A stretch of DNA of 64,000 bases from an uncultured delta proteobacterium. GTDB lineage: Bacteria > Desulfobacterota > WTBG01 > CAIYCZ01. Below are positions 14,085 through 25,616 of the stretch, in pieces (within the stretch, counting starts at the first letter, position 1; each line of letters opens with the position of its first letter). The notes under the pieces were generated by a model. It was not told where the DNA came from. It saw nothing but the letters and a program-made list of their open reading frames with translations, and searched no databases. The stretch is taken from positions 32,001-96,000 of the forward strand of contig CAWDOY010000016.1 in NCBI GenBank assembly GCA_963803975.1. Reading direction: 5' to 3'. Position numbers and translations under genes: made by a program.

Positions 14085-14621
14085 ATGAGTCGAGTTGGGA
14101 AAATGCCCATTGTTGTGCCCCAGGGGGTTCGTATAAACCTGCAGGGGGCAGTTCTTCAGGTGGAAGGCCCCAAGGGCACAATGCAGCATGCCATACCTGA
14201 AGGCCTGAAGATAGACGTTGCAGACAACAGCATCACCGTAACACGATTGTCTGAACAGAATAAAATCCGCGCCCTGCACGGCCTTACCCGCAGCCTTGTT
14301 GCCAATATGGTGTCAGGGGTCACCCAGGGATTTAAAAAAGAGCTGGAGATTGTCGGCGTCGGCTATCGTGCCGACATGAGCAATAATATGCTCAATTTAA
14401 CGCTGGGATATTCTCATCCGATCAATTTCCCCCTGCCCGAAGGCATTAAGGGCAAGGTTGAAAAGCAGGTCATTACCATCGAGGGAATTGACAAGGGGCT
14501 GGTGGGCCAGATCGCAGCCAAAATTAAAAGCCTGAGAAAGCCTGATGTCTACAAGGGAAAGGGCATCCGCTATCTTGGTGAAGTGATAAAAACCAAGGTT
14601 GGCAAAAGCGGGGCAAAATAA
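14085..14621 (+). CDS. rplF: 50S ribosomal protein L6
   Basis: MSRVGK, LGYSHP, YKGKGIRY. Confidence 0.98.
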   Translation: MSRVGKMPIVVPQGVRINLQGAVLQVEGPKGTMQHAIPEGLKIDVADNSITVTRLSEQNKIRALHGLTRSLVANMVSGVTQGFKKELEIVGVGYRADMSNNMLNLTLGYSHPINFPLPEGIKGKVEKQVITIEGIDKGLVGQIAAKIKSLRKPDVYKGKGIRYLGEVIKTKVGKSGAK

Positions 14622-14658
14622 ATACCATAAACGCTCTCTATAGGGTAGGTGAAGATTC

Positions 14659-15027
14659 GTGAGTGCACGGGAAGAAAAAAACAGAAAACACCTGAGAAGA
14701 AAAAAAAGGATTCGCAAGAACATTGCCGGTACTGCTGAACGGCCCCGGCTTACTGTTTACCGGAGTCTTCATCATATCTACGCACAGTTGATTGATGATG
14801 CGCAGGGAAGCACGGTCCTGGGGGTGTCAACCCGGAGTAAAGAGCTGCAGGGAAAACTAAAGACAGCAGATACCATTGCAGCGGCACAGCAGGTCGGAGC
14901 CCTGGTGGCTGAAAAAGCGCTGGCGCTGAAGGTGGAGCGCGTGGTGTTTGATCGCAACGGCTATTTGTATCATGGCCGTATCAAGGCACTGGCTGATGCT
15001 GCACGAGCAAAAGGTTTAAAATTTTAA
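14659..15027 (+). CDS. rplR: 50S ribosomal protein L18
   Basis: [21 protein letters not shown]. Confidence 0.98.
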   Translation: MSAREEKNRKHLRRKKRIRKNIAGTAERPRLTVYRSLHHIYAQLIDDAQGSTVLGVSTRSKELQGKLKTADTIAAAQQVGALVAEKALALKVERVVFDRNGYLYHGRIKALADAARAKGLKF

Positions 15028-15039
15028 GGAGGTCATGGT

Positions 15040-15495
15040 TTGGCATTTGATAGCGCAGACGAACTCACATTTATTGATAAAATCGTTCATATAAGCCGTG
15101 TAGCAAAAGTAGTAAAGGGCGGCCGGCGCTTCAGCTTTAGCGCGCTGGTGGTGGTGGGCGACGGGAAAGGCCATGTGGGATCAGGCCTGGGAAAGGCAAA
15201 GGAAGTGCCGGAGGCTATCAGAAAGGCAATTGAGCATGCGCGCAGAGAACTCATCACCGTACCCATTATGAACGGCACCATTCCCCATGAAACCATCGGC
15301 CACTTTGGCGCCGGCAAGGTATTTATGAAGCCCGCAGCTGAAGGTACCGGTGTTATTGCCGGTGGAGCGGTCCGGGCCATTATGGAAGTGGTGGGGGTGA
15401 AAAACATTCTCACCAAATGCATCAGGTCGCGCAACCCCCATAACGTGATTAAAGCAACGCTGGAAGGACTGAGCAGGCTCACGGCACCAGCCTGA
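15040..15495 (+). CDS. rpsE: 30S ribosomal protein S5 (C-terminus possibly cut short)
   Basis: [19 protein letters not shown]. Confidence 0.97.
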   Translation: MAFDSADELTFIDKIVHISRVAKVVKGGRRFSFSALVVVGDGKGHVGSGLGKAKEVPEAIRKAIEHARRELITVPIMNGTIPHETIGHFGAGKVFMKPAAEGTGVIAGGAVRAIMEVVGVKNILTKCIRSRNPHNVIKATLEGLSRLTAPA

Positions 15496-15551
15496 GCAAG
15501 CGCGCGCGGGCATTTTTAATCAACGCAACCTACGTATGAAGAGAACGGACA

Positions 15552-15737
15552 ATGGCAGCTAAACTGAAAGTAACCCTGGTACGAAGTAAAATCGGCAGGC
15601 CGGAAAAGCAGAGACGCGTTCTGCAGAGCCTGGGACTGCATAAACTGAACAAGACTAAAATATTTTATAATACTCCCCAGATTCGGGGGATGATTGTCAA
15701 GGTGCACCATCTCCTGAAAGTGGAGGAGGCGGTCTAA
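15552..15737 (+). CDS. rpmD: 50S ribosomal protein L30
   Basis: [11 protein letters not shown]...RGMI; operon order. Confidence 0.96.
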   Translation: MAAKLKVTLVRSKIGRPEKQRRVLQSLGLHKLNKTKIFYNTPQIRGMIVKVHHLLKVEEAV

Positions 15738-15753
15738 CGCATAGAGGAAAACG

Positions 15754-16200
15754 GTGATGGATTTAAGTACGCTTACCCCCCCCCGGGGGTCGCGCAAGAA
15801 CAGAAAGCGGGTCGGCCGCGGCGAGGGCTCAGGTCACGGAGGGACGGCCTGTAAAGGGCATAAAGGGCAGAAAGCACGCTCCGGAGGAACGACCGCGGTT
15901 GGCTTTGAAGGCGGCCAGATGCCTCTCAAAAGACGGCTGCCCAAACGGGGCTTCGCCAATATATTCAAAAAACAGTACGCACTGGTGGATGTGCAGCAGC
16001 TCTGCGTTTTTGAAGCACAGAGCACGGTAGACCCTGCAGCGCTGCTGAAAGCCGGCCTGGTCACCAAGATCTACGATGGCATAAAGGTTCTGGGGGATGG
16101 GGAGATAGACCGCCCCCTGGTGGTGAAGGTCCATAGATACAGTCAGTCTGCCTCTAATAAAATAACGGCCGCAGGCGGGCGGGTCGAGGAGCTTAAGTGA
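15754..16200 (+). CDS. rplO: 50S ribosomal protein L15
   Basis: [14 protein letters not shown]. Confidence 0.98.
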   Translation: MMDLSTLTPPRGSRKNRKRVGRGEGSGHGGTACKGHKGQKARSGGTTAVGFEGGQMPLKRRLPKRGFANIFKKQYALVDVQQLCVFEAQSTVDPAALLKAGLVTKIYDGIKVLGDGEIDRPLVVKVHRYSQSASNKITAAGGRVEELK

Positions 16201-17522
16201 TCGGCGGATTCCAAAACATACCCAAGATTCCTGAGCTGCGCAAGCGCATTATTATAAGCTTTCTGCTGCTCGCTGTGTACCGGGTCGGGGTGCATATTCC
16301 GACTCCCGGGATTGACGGCAATGCCCTGGCAGCGTTTTTTGCCCGGGCCAAGGGCACGCTGTTCGGGTTCATGGACATGTTTTCCGGCGGCGCCCTTGAG
16401 CACATGTCGGTGTTTGCCCTGGGAATCATGCCCTATATCAGCTCTTCCATTATTCTGCAGCTGCTCACCATGGTCATCCCCTACCTGGAAAAGCTGCAAA
16501 AGGAGGGGGAGGCGGGCAGAAAAAAAATTACCCAGTACACCCGCTACGGCACGGTAATCCTGAGTATCATTCAGGGGTTTGGCATCAGCGTGGGCCTGGA
16601 GAAAATGGCCGGGCCCGCAGGCGAGCCGGTGGTGCTTGCGGCAGGATGGGGGTTCCGCCTGATGACCATTATCACCCTCACCTCCGGCACCGCGTTTATT
16701 ATGTGGCTCGGTGAACAGATAACTGAGCGGGGCATTGGTAACGGTATTTCGCTCATCATCTTTGCCGGTATTGTTGCCCGGATGCCCTCGGCCATCATCA
16801 ATACGGTCAGGCTGATGCAGACCGGTGAAATGGGCCCGCTGCTCATTCTGCTGGTTCTTGCCGTAATGGTTCTGGTGGTGGGCGGCATTATTTACATGGA
16901 GCGGTCGCAGCGAAAGATACCGGTCCAGTATGCCAAGCGCGTTATCGGCAGAAAGATTTACGGGGGCCAGAGTACCCACCTGCCGCTGAAGATCAACACC
17001 GCGGGCGTTATACCGCCTATTTTTGCGTCATCGATTCTCATGTTTCCGCTCACCATTGCCCAATTCCTGCCCAAGGAAGTGCTGGAGAAATATCCCTGGG
17101 CCAACGCCATTATTGACAGCCTCAATAGCGGGCAGCTGGTTTATAATATTCTGTATGTGACCTTTATCATCTTCTTCTGCTATTTCTATACGGCGGTAGT
17201 CTTTAATCCCATGGATGTGGCAGACAATATGAAAAAATACGGCGGGTATATCCCGGGCATACGGCCGGGCAAAAAGACCGCCGAATATATTGACTGGGTG
17301 CTGACCAGGATCACCTTTGTCGGAGCACTGTATGTATCTGCCGTCTGCGTGCTGCCGACTATTTTAATCGGCCGTTTTAATATTCCGTTCTATTTTGGCG
17401 GGACGGCGCTTCTTATTGTGGTGGGGGTTGCGCTTGATACGGTAGCCCAGATGGAATCCCACCTGCTCACCAGGCATTATGATGGATTCCTGAAGCGGGG
17501 GCAGTTCAAAGGCAGGCGATAG
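16197..17522 (+). CDS. secY: Preprotein translocase SecY
   Basis: [28 protein letters not shown]. Confidence 0.99.
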   Translation: MIGGFQNIPKIPELRKRIIISFLLLAVYRVGVHIPTPGIDGNALAAFFARAKGTLFGFMDMFSGGALEHMSVFALGIMPYISSSIILQLLTMVIPYLEKLQKEGEAGRKKITQYTRYGTVILSIIQGFGISVGLEKMAGPAGEPVVLAAGWGFRLMTIITLTSGTAFIMWLGEQITERGIGNGISLIIFAGIVARMPSAIINTVRLMQTGEMGPLLILLVLAVMVLVVGGIIYMERSQRKIPVQYAKRVIGRKIYGGQSTHLPLKINTAGVIPPIFASSILMFPLTIAQFLPKEVLEKYPWANAIIDSLNSGQLVYNILYVTFIIFFCYFYTAVVFNPMDVADNMKKYGGYIPGIRPGKKTAEYIDWVLTRITFVGALYVSAVCVLPTILIGRFNIPFYFGGTALLIVVGVALDTVAQMESHLLTRHYDGFLKRGQFKGRR

Positions 17523-17567
17523 CTTACGAGCGCACAGCGGTAACAGCAGGGAAGAGAAGTCGAACGC

Positions 17568-18215
17568 ATGAATATTATACTGTTAGGACCTCCCGGCAGC
17601 GGAAAAGGTACCCAGGCCAAGATGCTGATGGAGATATATACCATTCCCCAGATTTCTACCGGCGATATACTGCGGGCTGCCGTTGCCAATCAGACAGCGC
17701 TCGGCAAGCAGGCCAAGGAGTGTATGAATAAGGGGGCGCTGGTTCCCGATGAGCTGGTGGTCAAGATCGTGGAAGAACGGCTCAAGGAGCGCGACTGCGG
17801 CCGTGGTTTCATCCTTGATGGATTTCCCCGGACCGTAGCTCAGGCAGAGGCGCTGGACCGGCTCAATATAAAAATAGAAGCAGCGGTTAATGTCGAGGTG
17901 GGCAATGATGAGCTCATGAAGCGCTTAACCGGGCGGCGCACCTGCAGGACCTGCGGAGCCATGTACCATATCTATTTCAATGCCCCGCGCCGTGACGGGG
18001 TATGCGATACATGCAACGGCGAGCTCTATCAGCGCGATGACGACAAGGAAGAAACCATACAGACCCGGCTGGTGGTCTATGAGCAGCAGACCAACCCGCT
18101 CATCAGCTGGTATCAGAAGAAGAATATCGTATACAGTGTTGACGGGATCGGCACGGTGCAGGAAATTTTTGGCCGGATAACCGGGGCATTAAAAAAAGCA
18201 GGGCTCTCTGCGTAA
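17568..18215 (+). CDS. adk: Adenylate kinase with Zn-type LID
   Basis: [20 protein letters not shown]...CDTC. Confidence 0.98.
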   Translation: MNIILLGPPGSGKGTQAKMLMEIYTIPQISTGDILRAAVANQTALGKQAKECMNKGALVPDELVVKIVEERLKERDCGRGFILDGFPRTVAQAEALDRLNIKIEAAVNVEVGNDELMKRLTGRRTCRTCGAMYHIYFNAPRRDGVCDTCNGELYQRDDDKEETIQTRLVVYEQQTNPLISWYQKKNIVYSVDGIGTVQEIFGRITGALKKAGLSA

Positions 18216-18238
18216 CGGTACATCTGGCGTGTAGGCGT

Positions 18239-18457
18239 ATGTCAAAAGAAGATTGCATAGAATTTGAGGGAACGGTTTTGGAGACATTGCCCAACGCAGT
18301 GTTCCGGGTGGCACTTGATAATGGGCATAAAATCCTTGCCCACATATCCGGCAAGATGCGCATGCACTATATAAAGATTCTGCCCGGCGACCGGGTGATG
18401 GTACAGGTTTCACCCTATGATCTGAACAAGGGCCGGATTATCTATCGCTCCAAGTAA
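18239..18457 (+). CDS. infA: Translation initiation factor IF-1
   Basis: [16 protein letters not shown]. Confidence 0.99.
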   Translation: MSKEDCIEFEGTVLETLPNAVFRVALDNGHKILAHISGKMRMHYIKILPGDRVMVQVSPYDLNKGRIIYRSK

Positions 18458-18482
18458 ATATAACCAGGTTGAGTGAGTTGTC

Positions 18483-18596
18483 ATGAAGGTCAGAGCTTCG
18501 GTAAAAAAGATTTGTGCTAAATGCACGATTATCAAGCGCAAGGGGGTAGTGCGCGTGATTTGCGAAAATCCGAAACATAAACAGCGCCAGGGATAG
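18483..18596 (+). CDS. rpmJ: 50S ribosomal protein L36 (below ORF-track cutoff)
   Basis: Hand translation [37 protein letters not shown]. Confidence 0.98.
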   Translation: MKVRASVKKICAKCTIIKRKGVVRVICENPKHKQRQG

Positions 18597-18647
18597 GGCG
18601 CTCACGCACTAACGTTGTAACCTAACCGGAAACACAAGGAGAATGGT

Positions 18648-19028
18648 GTGCCAAGAATAGCTGGTGTGGATTTACCAAAATCCAAAAGAATCGTCATCGC
18701 CTTAACCTATATTTATGGCATCAGCAGGACCAGCGCGGAGCAGATTCTGCAGCAGACGGGAGTTGATGTCTCGCGGAAGGCCAGCGCGCTCACCGACCAG
18801 GAGGTTGCCAAAATTGCGGAGCTCATTAATCAGTCGTATAAGGTTGAAGGCGACCTGCGCAAAGAAAACTCCATGAACATCAAGCGGCTGATGGATATCG
18901 GCTCCTACCGCGGGCTGCGCCACCGGAAAGGGCTTCCGGTGAGAGGCCAGCGCACCCATACCAACGCCCGCACCCGCAAGGGACCGCGGCGTGCAACGGT
19001 CGGCAAGAAAAAAGAAGTTAAAAAATAA
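18648..19028 (+). CDS. rpsM: 30S ribosomal protein S13
   Basis: [16 protein letters not shown]. Confidence 0.99.
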   Translation: MPRIAGVDLPKSKRIVIALTYIYGISRTSAEQILQQTGVDVSRKASALTDQEVAKIAELINQSYKVEGDLRKENSMNIKRLMDIGSYRGLRHRKGLPVRGQRTHTNARTRKGPRRATVGKKKEVKK

Positions 19029-19066
19029 GGTTTCCATAACACCAGTCTGAACACTAGAGGGAATGC

Positions 19067-19456
19067 ATGGCAGAGCAGAAAAAAACCCGCAAGAAAAAAG
19101 AGAAAAAGAATATTCCCAATGGTATTGCGCACATTCAATCGACCTTCAACAATACCGTTATTACGATAACGGATATGGTGGGCAACACCATCGCCTGGTC
19201 AAGTGCCGGCGTGATGGGCTTTAAAGGTTCGCGGAAAAATACCCCGTATGCGGCAACTCAGGCTGCAGAGGATGTGGCCAAGAAGGCACGAGAGCACGGC
19301 GTAAAAAACCTCGAAGTCTATATCAAGGGTCCCGGTGCGGGACGCGAGGCAGCTCTGAGATCTCTCCAGGCCATGGGGTTCAGCATTAAACTCATACGGG
19401 ATGTAACCCCCATCCCCCATAATGGGTGCCGGCAGCCAAAGCGCAGACGCGTCTAG
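19067..19456 (+). CDS. rpsK: 30S ribosomal protein S11
   Basis: [17 protein letters not shown]. Confidence 0.99.
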   Translation: MAEQKKTRKKKEKKNIPNGIAHIQSTFNNTVITITDMVGNTIAWSSAGVMGFKGSRKNTPYAATQAAEDVAKKAREHGVKNLEVYIKGPGAGREAALRSLQAMGFSIKLIRDVTPIPHNGCRQPKRRRV

Positions 19457-19527
19457 GCTCAGGTCCCAGGCATCCAGGAGAATTTCAACCAGAGAACGGA
19501 TGGTAATGTAAGAAAGGAGATAGTACG

Positions 19528-20154
19528 TTGGCACGTTATAACGGTGCAGTTTGTCGGCTTTGCCGAAGAGAAAACACAAAACTATTTCTAAAGGGGGAGC
19601 GCTGTTATACTGATAAATGTGCAGTTGACCGGCGTCAATATGCTCCCGGCCAGCACGGACAGCGGCGCTCCAAGCTTACTGACTATGGCGATCAGTTGCG
19701 CGAAAAGCAGAGACTGAAACGCATCTACGGCGTTCTGGAAAAGCAGTTTAAAAACTATTTTCAGAAAGCAGCGCAACAGAAGGGCATTACCGGTGAAAAC
19801 CTGCTGCTTTTTCTGGAGCGGCGGCTTGATAATGTGGTGTATCGCCTGGGATTTGCTGCCTCCCGCAATGAGGCGCGCCAGCTGGTGCGCCACGGCCATT
19901 TCTCGATCAATGGCAGAAGGGCCACGATTTCGTCAATACTGGTCAAGCCGGGTGATATCATCAAGCTCTGCGAAAAAAGCCAGAGCATGGGAAAAATTAA
20001 AGAGTCATTGGAAGTCGCGAGCCGCCGGGGTATTTCCCGCTGGCTTGAATTGGATGCGGCTGCCTTTACCGGCAAACTGGTATCGCTTCCTGCACGGGAA
20101 GAGCTTACCATGCCAATCAGGGAACAGCTCATTGTAGAGCTCTACAGCCGTTAA
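19528..20154 (+). CDS. rpsD: 30S ribosomal protein S4
   Basis: [27 protein letters not shown]. Confidence 0.99.
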   Translation: MARYNGAVCRLCRRENTKLFLKGERCYTDKCAVDRRQYAPGQHGQRRSKLTDYGDQLREKQRLKRIYGVLEKQFKNYFQKAAQQKGITGENLLLFLERRLDNVVYRLGFAASRNEARQLVRHGHFSINGRRATISSILVKPGDIIKLCEKSQSMGKIKESLEVASRRGISRWLELDAAAFTGKLVSLPAREELTMPIREQLIVELYSR

Positions 20155-20196
20155 CAGCCCCGTTCAGGGCAGAATTACAAGGTAAGGTGAGGGACT

Positions 20197-21222
20197 ATGC
20201 AACGACCGTGGCATACTATTATTAAGCCGAAATGCCTTGAAGTTGAGGAAGAAACACTAACGCCATCGTATGGCCGATTTACTGCAGAGCCGTTTGAGCG
20301 AGGCTTCGGCATAACGCTGGGCAACTCATTGCGACGCATCATGATCGCCTCTCTGCAGGGAGCCGCCATAACTGCCGTGCGGATTGATGGGATACTGCAC
20401 GAATTTTCGACGGTTCCGGGTGTTCGCGAGGATGTGACCGAGATCGTGCTCAATTTAAAGGAAGCGCGTCTGAAACTGCATTCAGACGGACCGGAGACTG
20501 TTTACATTAAAGCCAAGGGAGAAGGCGCGGTTACCGCCCGTGATATCATCGTGAACAGCAATGTGGAGGTGCTCAATCCCGACCTGCACATTGCAACCCT
20601 GTCCGCTGATGCTACGCTGCACATGGAATTGACCGTTAACCGGGGACGGGGATACTGCCCGGCGGAAAAGAACCGCCATCCCAATCAGCCGATCGGCACC
20701 ATCCCCATTGATTCGATTTTCAGCCCGATACGCAAGGTTAACTATAATGTTACCCACGCGCGGGTTGGTCAGATAACCGATTATGATAAACTGAGCCTGG
20801 AAATATGGACTGACGGCAGTATCTCACCGGAGGATGCCGTTGCCTATGCGGCAAAAATTATCCAGACCCAGCTCAAGCTGTTCATCAATTTTGAAGATGT
20901 GCCAGACGAGCCAGACGACAAGGGATCTGGGCCAATAGTTACAACGTGGCCGCCAGGTCTGTACTGCAGCATCGATGAGCTTGAACTTTCGGTGCGCTCT
21001 TCCAACTGCTTGAGGAATGCCAATATCAGGTACATCTGGGAGCTGGTGCAGCGGTCCGAGCCGGAAATGCTTAAAACGAAAAATTTCGGCCGGAAGTCGC
21101 TCAACGAGATCAAGGAAATTTTAGCTGACAAGAATTTAACCCTGGGCATGAAACTCGACGGATTTGAACCGCCTGAAGAACCTGTGGCAGCAAAGAAGGA
21201 TGACGACAACGACGAGGAATAA
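20197..21222 (+). CDS. rpoA: RNA polymerase alpha subunit
   Basis: EPFERGFGITLGNSLRR, LSVRSSNCL, NFGRKSL. Confidence 0.99.
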   Translation: MQRPWHTIIKPKCLEVEEETLTPSYGRFTAEPFERGFGITLGNSLRRIMIASLQGAAITAVRIDGILHEFSTVPGVREDVTEIVLNLKEARLKLHSDGPETVYIKAKGEGAVTARDIIVNSNVEVLNPDLHIATLSADATLHMELTVNRGRGYCPAEKNRHPNQPIGTIPIDSIFSPIRKVNYNVTHARVGQITDYDKLSLEIWTDGSISPEDAVAYAAKIIQTQLKLFINFEDVPDEPDDKGSGPIVTTWPPGLYCSIDELELSVRSSNCLRNANIRYIWELVQRSEPEMLKTKNFGRKSLNEIKEILADKNLTLGMKLDGFEPPEEPVAAKKDDDNDEE

Positions 21223-21230
21223 TGTTCTGA

Positions 21231-21386
21231 CAGGATGTTGAAAAAATAAAAAGTTTTTTTTCAGGCTGGTCAAAAACATCCGGATGCAAGGCGCGCGAAA
21301 TCAAGAGGAATGAGTCGTACTTTATAGTACGTCGCAATGACGAAGGATGAGCGCAACGAAGCAGAGGGGTGTTTTTCAACGGCCTG
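21231..21386 (+). mobile_element. MITE-like repeat, copy 1 (between rpoA and rplQ)
   Basis: Closely similar to 44970-45120 and 52894-53045; terminal inverted repeats CAGGATGTTGAAAAA / TTTTTCAACGGCCTG. Confidence 0.85.
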
Positions 21387-21415
21387 CTAAGAACATAGAC
21401 GCAGGAATGTGAATC

Positions 21416-21916
21416 ATGAGACACCTAAAGGCTGGAAGAAAACTGGGAAGAGAAACAAGCCACCGTCTGGCAATGTTCCGCAATATGGTAACGTCTCTGC
21501 TGGAACATGAGCGGATCGAGACGACCGAACAGAAGGCCAAGGAGCTGAAGCGCCTGGCGGATAAAATGGTGACCCTCGGCAAGCGCGGCGACCTGCACGC
21601 GCGGCGCCAGGCCATGAAAGTAATCCGCACCGAGACGGTCGGCAAAAAGCTGTTTGATGAAATCGCCCCCCGCTTTAAAGACCGCTCCGGCGGGTATACG
21701 CGTATTATAAAGATCGGGCGGCGGGTGGGAGACAATGCCCTGGTCGTTCTTATTGAGCTGGTGGAGCAGGGCAAAAAGGAGCTGGAGAAGAAGGAGAAAG
21801 AAAAGAAGCCCGCCAAGGGGAAAAAGCCGGCTAAAGAAAAAGCCGCCGCGGAAAAGCCGTGGAAAGAGAAGTTTAAAAAAGAGAAAGAGAAGAAAGCTGA
21901 GAAAGAGAAAAAATAA
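21416..21916 (+). CDS. rplQ: 50S ribosomal protein L17 with Lys/Glu-rich tail
   Basis: MRHLK...ITT-like ETT...GGYTRIIK. Confidence 0.98.
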   Translation: MRHLKAGRKLGRETSHRLAMFRNMVTSLLEHERIETTEQKAKELKRLADKMVTLGKRGDLHARRQAMKVIRTETVGKKLFDEIAPRFKDRSGGYTRIIKIGRRVGDNALVVLIELVEQGKKELEKKEKEKKPAKGKKPAKEKAAAEKPWKEKFKKEKEKKAEKEKK

Positions 21917-21947
21917 TTTTTTAACAGCAGAAGGTTGAGCATATACT

Positions 21948-21987
21948 ACGCCTGAAGGGGCGAGACGCCCTTTCAGGCGTTTTTTTT
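21948..21987 (+). terminator. Rho-independent terminator of the alpha operon
   Basis: ACGCCTGAAGGGGCG-AGA-CGCCCTTTCAGGCGT followed by T run. Confidence 0.9.
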
Positions 21988-22129
21988 AAGTATTGATGCA
22001 GCTGGTGCACGCTATTGATCACGGTTTTGTTTCGGCAAATTCTTGCGCGGACCGGGGCTTTGTTCTTGAAAATAAGCGGGATATATTTTATAAGGAAATA
22101 TAGCAGCATGCTAAGGACGGGCACATCGT

Positions 22130-22531
22130 ATGGGAACACGGCAGATCGAGCGACTCTATAAAAAAATGATCACGTTTGAAGACGCCTCAGGCGGCCAGGG
22201 AAATATTGATCCGCGGATCAGGTCTGAAATATTTCAAACCATCATGAATGAGATGGAAGGCCTCCTGAAAAAGCTGAAGCGCAGCAAACACGGCTCCCGG
22301 CAAGCAGAAGAGCTCGGGCTGCAGATCCGCCGGCTTCTGCTCAAAGAGGTGCAGGTCATTATTGATGAGTATGTTCTTTCGCAGCAGAACGGCACGGTCG
22401 AGCGCTGGAAAGAGATGTATGGCGACATCCATTATTACATTAAGAATTTCTACTCCTACCGCACGGAGAGCCGGTTCAGGGGAAACGGCTCCATTGGAAC
22501 TGCCTGCGGGTTTTACGAAACAGACGAGTAA
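22130..22531 (+). CDS. Hypothetical protein
   Basis: 133-aa ORF filling the gap, AAGGA upstream; no motif recognised. Confidence 0.6.
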   Translation: MGTRQIERLYKKMITFEDASGGQGNIDPRIRSEIFQTIMNEMEGLLKKLKRSKHGSRQAEELGLQIRRLLLKEVQVIIDEYVLSQQNGTVERWKEMYGDIHYYIKNFYSYRTESRFRGNGSIGTACGFYETDE

Positions 22532-22581
22532 CCGGAGGCCGGCAGAGATCCGGGTCCAGATGAATTGAAAGGGAGGACGCT

Positions 22582-23341
22582 ATGTCATTTGATGAAGAGA
22601 TCACCACCCTGGCGCATGATATCGTGCGCTCGAAAAAAATTGTTGCCCTGAGCGGTGCCGGCATGTCTGTTGAGAGCGATATTGCCTCGTTTCGCGGAAA
22701 AGGCGGGCTGTGGGAGAAATATGACCCTGAAGAGTATGCCCACATTTCAACCCTGAAACACCATCCGGAAAAAGCCTGGATACTGCTTGGTGCCATGCAG
22801 AAGGAGATAGCCAGGGCAAAGCCGAACCAGGGGCACTATGCACTGGCAGAGCTTGAGCAGCTGGGGTTCCTGAAAACCATCATCACGCAGAATGTTGACG
22901 GCCTGCACCACCTGGCAGGAAACAGGGATGTCATCGAGTTCCACGGCAACCTGCAGACGGTCACCTGCATGGATTGCGGCCATCACCTGTCAAGCTCAGA
23001 GATTTCACTTGACGATATTCCGCCGCGCTGCAGCAAATGTAAAGGGCGTGTTTAAACCGGACTGCATATTCTTCGGCGAGGCCATCCCGGTCGAGGCGCT
23101 TACCCGCGCGCATCAGGAATCGCGCACCTGTGACCTGATGCTGGTGCTCGGGACCTCAGCGGTGGTGTATCCCGCGGCAAGCATGCCCGAGATCGCCAAG
23201 AGCGCCGGTGCCCGGGTGGTGGAGATCAACCCCTCAGAAACACCGCTCACCCGGTTTGTCTCTGATTATATTATTCTCGGCAAGACCGGGGACGTATTAC
23301 CCAAGGTTGTAGAGAAAATCAAGACGCTGAAAAACGCTTAG
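22582..23341 (+). CDS. cobB: NAD-dependent protein deacylase (sirtuin), frameshift near 23050
   Basis: GAGMS..S.I..FRG, TQNVDGLH, HGN, CMDC/CSKC, then KPDCIFFGE, GTSAVVYPAA, EINP in the next frame. Confidence 0.9.
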
Positions 23342-24630
23342 AATTCTATCTGGGTCTGCAGATAGAAATAATCCACATCTTTATTCTTACCCGTCGCCTG
23401 TCTGAATATATCCGCGGTGAAAAAGCGGTTGGCGCTTGCCAGAATATTCACCTTTTCAGACAGCTCATAGGATAAAAATAAATCAGTTTCACAGCCAATG
23501 GTTTTGGAATAGCCGTCGGGTGTTTTGTCAGCCGTAAAGTGATGCCAGTCAAGACAGAGTGAAAGCTTCGGGCTGAGCTTTACTGATGATGCCACCGTGA
23601 CCACCTTCATGCCGCTTGCGCGGATGTCTCCGATATCAATCCCGCTCACATCAGGAACCAGGCTTATATCACCGACCACCAGGGTGTCATTGTAGATATT
23701 GCCGTGAAATTCACGCATGTCACCGTCCTGCGGATTTCCGTCACCGGTGCCAAAGGCATAGCCTACCCGCAGCGACGGCTCAAACGGCAGATTAAAGTCA
23801 TAGGTCAGGTCGGCGTGGCCGCCGTAGGCGCGGATCTGGCCATCGTCTCCCCGGTTATTGTAGCGAACCTTGCCGAACTGGTACATCGGCTCAAACTCAA
23901 AGCCGAGCCGTTCCATTAGTTTTACGTCAAGCCTGGTCCCGGCAGTAAACCACAGCGGGCTTTCATGGAACAGATGATCATACAAATTCTGGAATCCATG
24001 CCGGTTATAAAAGAAGTAAAAGTCCCAGGCAGTATTTTTAATGCCGCTGTAGGTTGAATAAAATCCGTACAGGCCCGGATTTCCCGCCTTGTTATTGGTA
24101 AAGCTCACCAGGCGTGCCGCGATCAGATCAACGGAGAGGTTGCAGAGCGGCTGAACGTTAATCTTTGCCCCGTCCCAGGTCAGGCCGCGATAGAAGTCGT
24201 CATTGCCGAGAAAGAATGCCGAGCCGTAGACAAAATCCTGGCGCCCGATTTTCAGGTTTATAGGAAGCTGTCCGAGTTTCGGGAATTCAATATAACCCTG
24301 GTACACGGAAAGCCGGTCCTCATTGTCATAGCCGCCCCAGCGGCCGTAAAACTGCGGCTCAAAGTAGAGCCGCACCCAGTCGGCGGGATTTGCCTCGAGG
24401 TGAATGCGGGTTCTGTTCAGGAGTTGTGTTTCGCTTTTGCCCGGATTATAGCTGAAATCATCCAGGGACTGGTTCTGGGTTGCATCATAGCGCAAGCGCA
24501 CCTGACCGCCGATGTTTATCAGACCATATTTTTCTTCTTCTTTTTCTGCTTGTGCCAGTACCTTATCCGACATTAAAACACAGAGCAATAAAACTACCAG
24601 CAACCCGATCATTGCTTTCTTCATTGGCAA
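23338..24630 (-). CDS. Outer-membrane beta-barrel, alginate-export-like family
   Basis: Signal peptide, NRTRI, KIGRQDFVYG..F.LG, WDG, C-terminal Phe. Confidence 0.75.
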   Translation of the reverse strand: MPMKKAMIGLLVVLLLCVLMSDKVLAQAEKEEEKYGLINIGGQVRLRYDATQNQSLDDFSYNPGKSETQLLNRTRIHLEANPADWVRLYFEPQFYGRWGGYDNEDRLSVYQGYIEFPKLGQLPINLKIGRQDFVYGSAFFLGNDDFYRGLTWDGAKINVQPLCNLSVDLIAARLVSFTNNKAGNPGLYGFYSTYSGIKNTAWDFYFFYNRHGFQNLYDHLFHESPLWFTAGTRLDVKLMERLGFEFEPMYQFGKVRYNNRGDDGQIRAYGGHADLTYDFNLPFEPSLRVGYAFGTGDGNPQDGDMREFHGNIYNDTLVVGDISLVPDVSGIDIGDIRASGMKVVTVASSVKLSPKLSLCLDWHHFTADKTPDGYSKTIGCETDLFLSYELSEKVNILASANRFFTADIFRQATGKNKDVDYFYLQTQIEF

Positions 24631-24681
24631 GTCTCCACTAACATTGTATTGATGAAAGACTCATAAAATTCAAATTGAAAA

Positions 24682-24710
24682 AATATATATTGATGGAATA
24701 ATGCTGTCAA
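24682..24710 (-). promoter_or_regulatory. Sigma70-type promoter of the porin gene
   Basis: TTGACA-17 nt-TATATT on the minus strand. Confidence 0.6.
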
Positions 24711-24966
24711 GTGCCAAGATATTTTATGGCCTTTTTCTGATCGTTAATGAGAAACAAAAGAAAATTTGAGCTTTATTGCGAGATATTTTATGACAAGAAG
24801 CTGGATTGGCGAGAATAACTAATTGTGGTTGAAGTGGTGATTAACCCAAGATGACATGCGTTATGATGCTCTGTTCATTTTAAACTATGTAGCCAAACAG
24901 CCTATGCATAAATCCCTGCTGCCAAACAGAGATTTAAGTATGCACAAAAGTATGCCTCAATTGTTA

Positions 24967-25578
24967 TCAGGATTTTCTATTCCAAACAACCATGAACTTC
25001 CCATCCAGAAATACATTATAACCTGCAATGGTACATAAAAAAGTGGTGGCATGTTGTTTATGATGCTTGTAAAAAGGTTTAAATTCTAAAACATGGCATC
25101 TGTCTGCCTTTAATACAATTTCCATCTTAGTCGCAAGTTTTTCTGCAGGCAGTTTAAGAATTATTGAGTGTGAGCCTCCTGCAAGCCTTATTTTTTTATC
25201 AAGGATATATTTTATTCCCAACCCCGCTTCAAAATTTTTATTACCCTGTTCATCATAAGGAGGAATATCTTCCTTTTTCCCATCAACTTTCCAGGTGAGA
25301 ACCTGACCATCGATGTTTAATATGAAGGGATATTCTGATTTCCCATGCATTGACTTCTTTGGTTCAAACCAGTAAAACCCCTCCTCATGGGTCTTGATGG
25401 ACGCTTTAATTATTACATCAGTAAACCCGATTGGTATCTGTTTTTCTTCTTTGACTTCGCTGAAAACCACTGCTCTATCTTTTTGCGATTCCGTTTTTAT
25501 CTTTTTCGGTTGGATTGCACATCCTATGAACGGCAAGGCAAAAGAGATCAGCATTACAACTATCAATAATCTTTTCAT
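24967..25578 (-). CDS. Hypothetical lipoprotein
   Basis: Signal peptide with lipobox-like FIGC; His-rich patch near the C-terminus. Confidence 0.65.
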   Translation of the reverse strand: MKRLLIVVMLISFALPFIGCAIQPKKIKTESQKDRAVVFSEVKEEKQIPIGFTDVIIKASIKTHEEGFYWFEPKKSMHGKSEYPFILNIDGQVLTWKVDGKKEDIPPYDEQGNKNFEAGLGIKYILDKKIRLAGGSHSIILKLPAEKLATKMEIVLKADRCHVLEFKPFYKHHKQHATTFLCTIAGYNVFLDGKFMVVWNRKS

Positions 25579-25616
25579 TGCAATCCCCTTCTATATCGGG
25601 TGATTTAATAGTTTGT

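Noticed and set aside
15493..15495. rpsE TGA as selenocysteine
   Set aside because: No Cys context in S5 and no convincing SECIS-like hairpin.
18215..18239. Absence of map between adk and infA
   Set aside because: Common lineage-level variation of this operon.
21110..21424. Mutually similar ORFs LKNTxLLRCAHPSSLRRT (also 44955-45143 and 52880-53083)
   Set aside because: They are translations of the repeat element with unrelated starts and ends, not a gene family.
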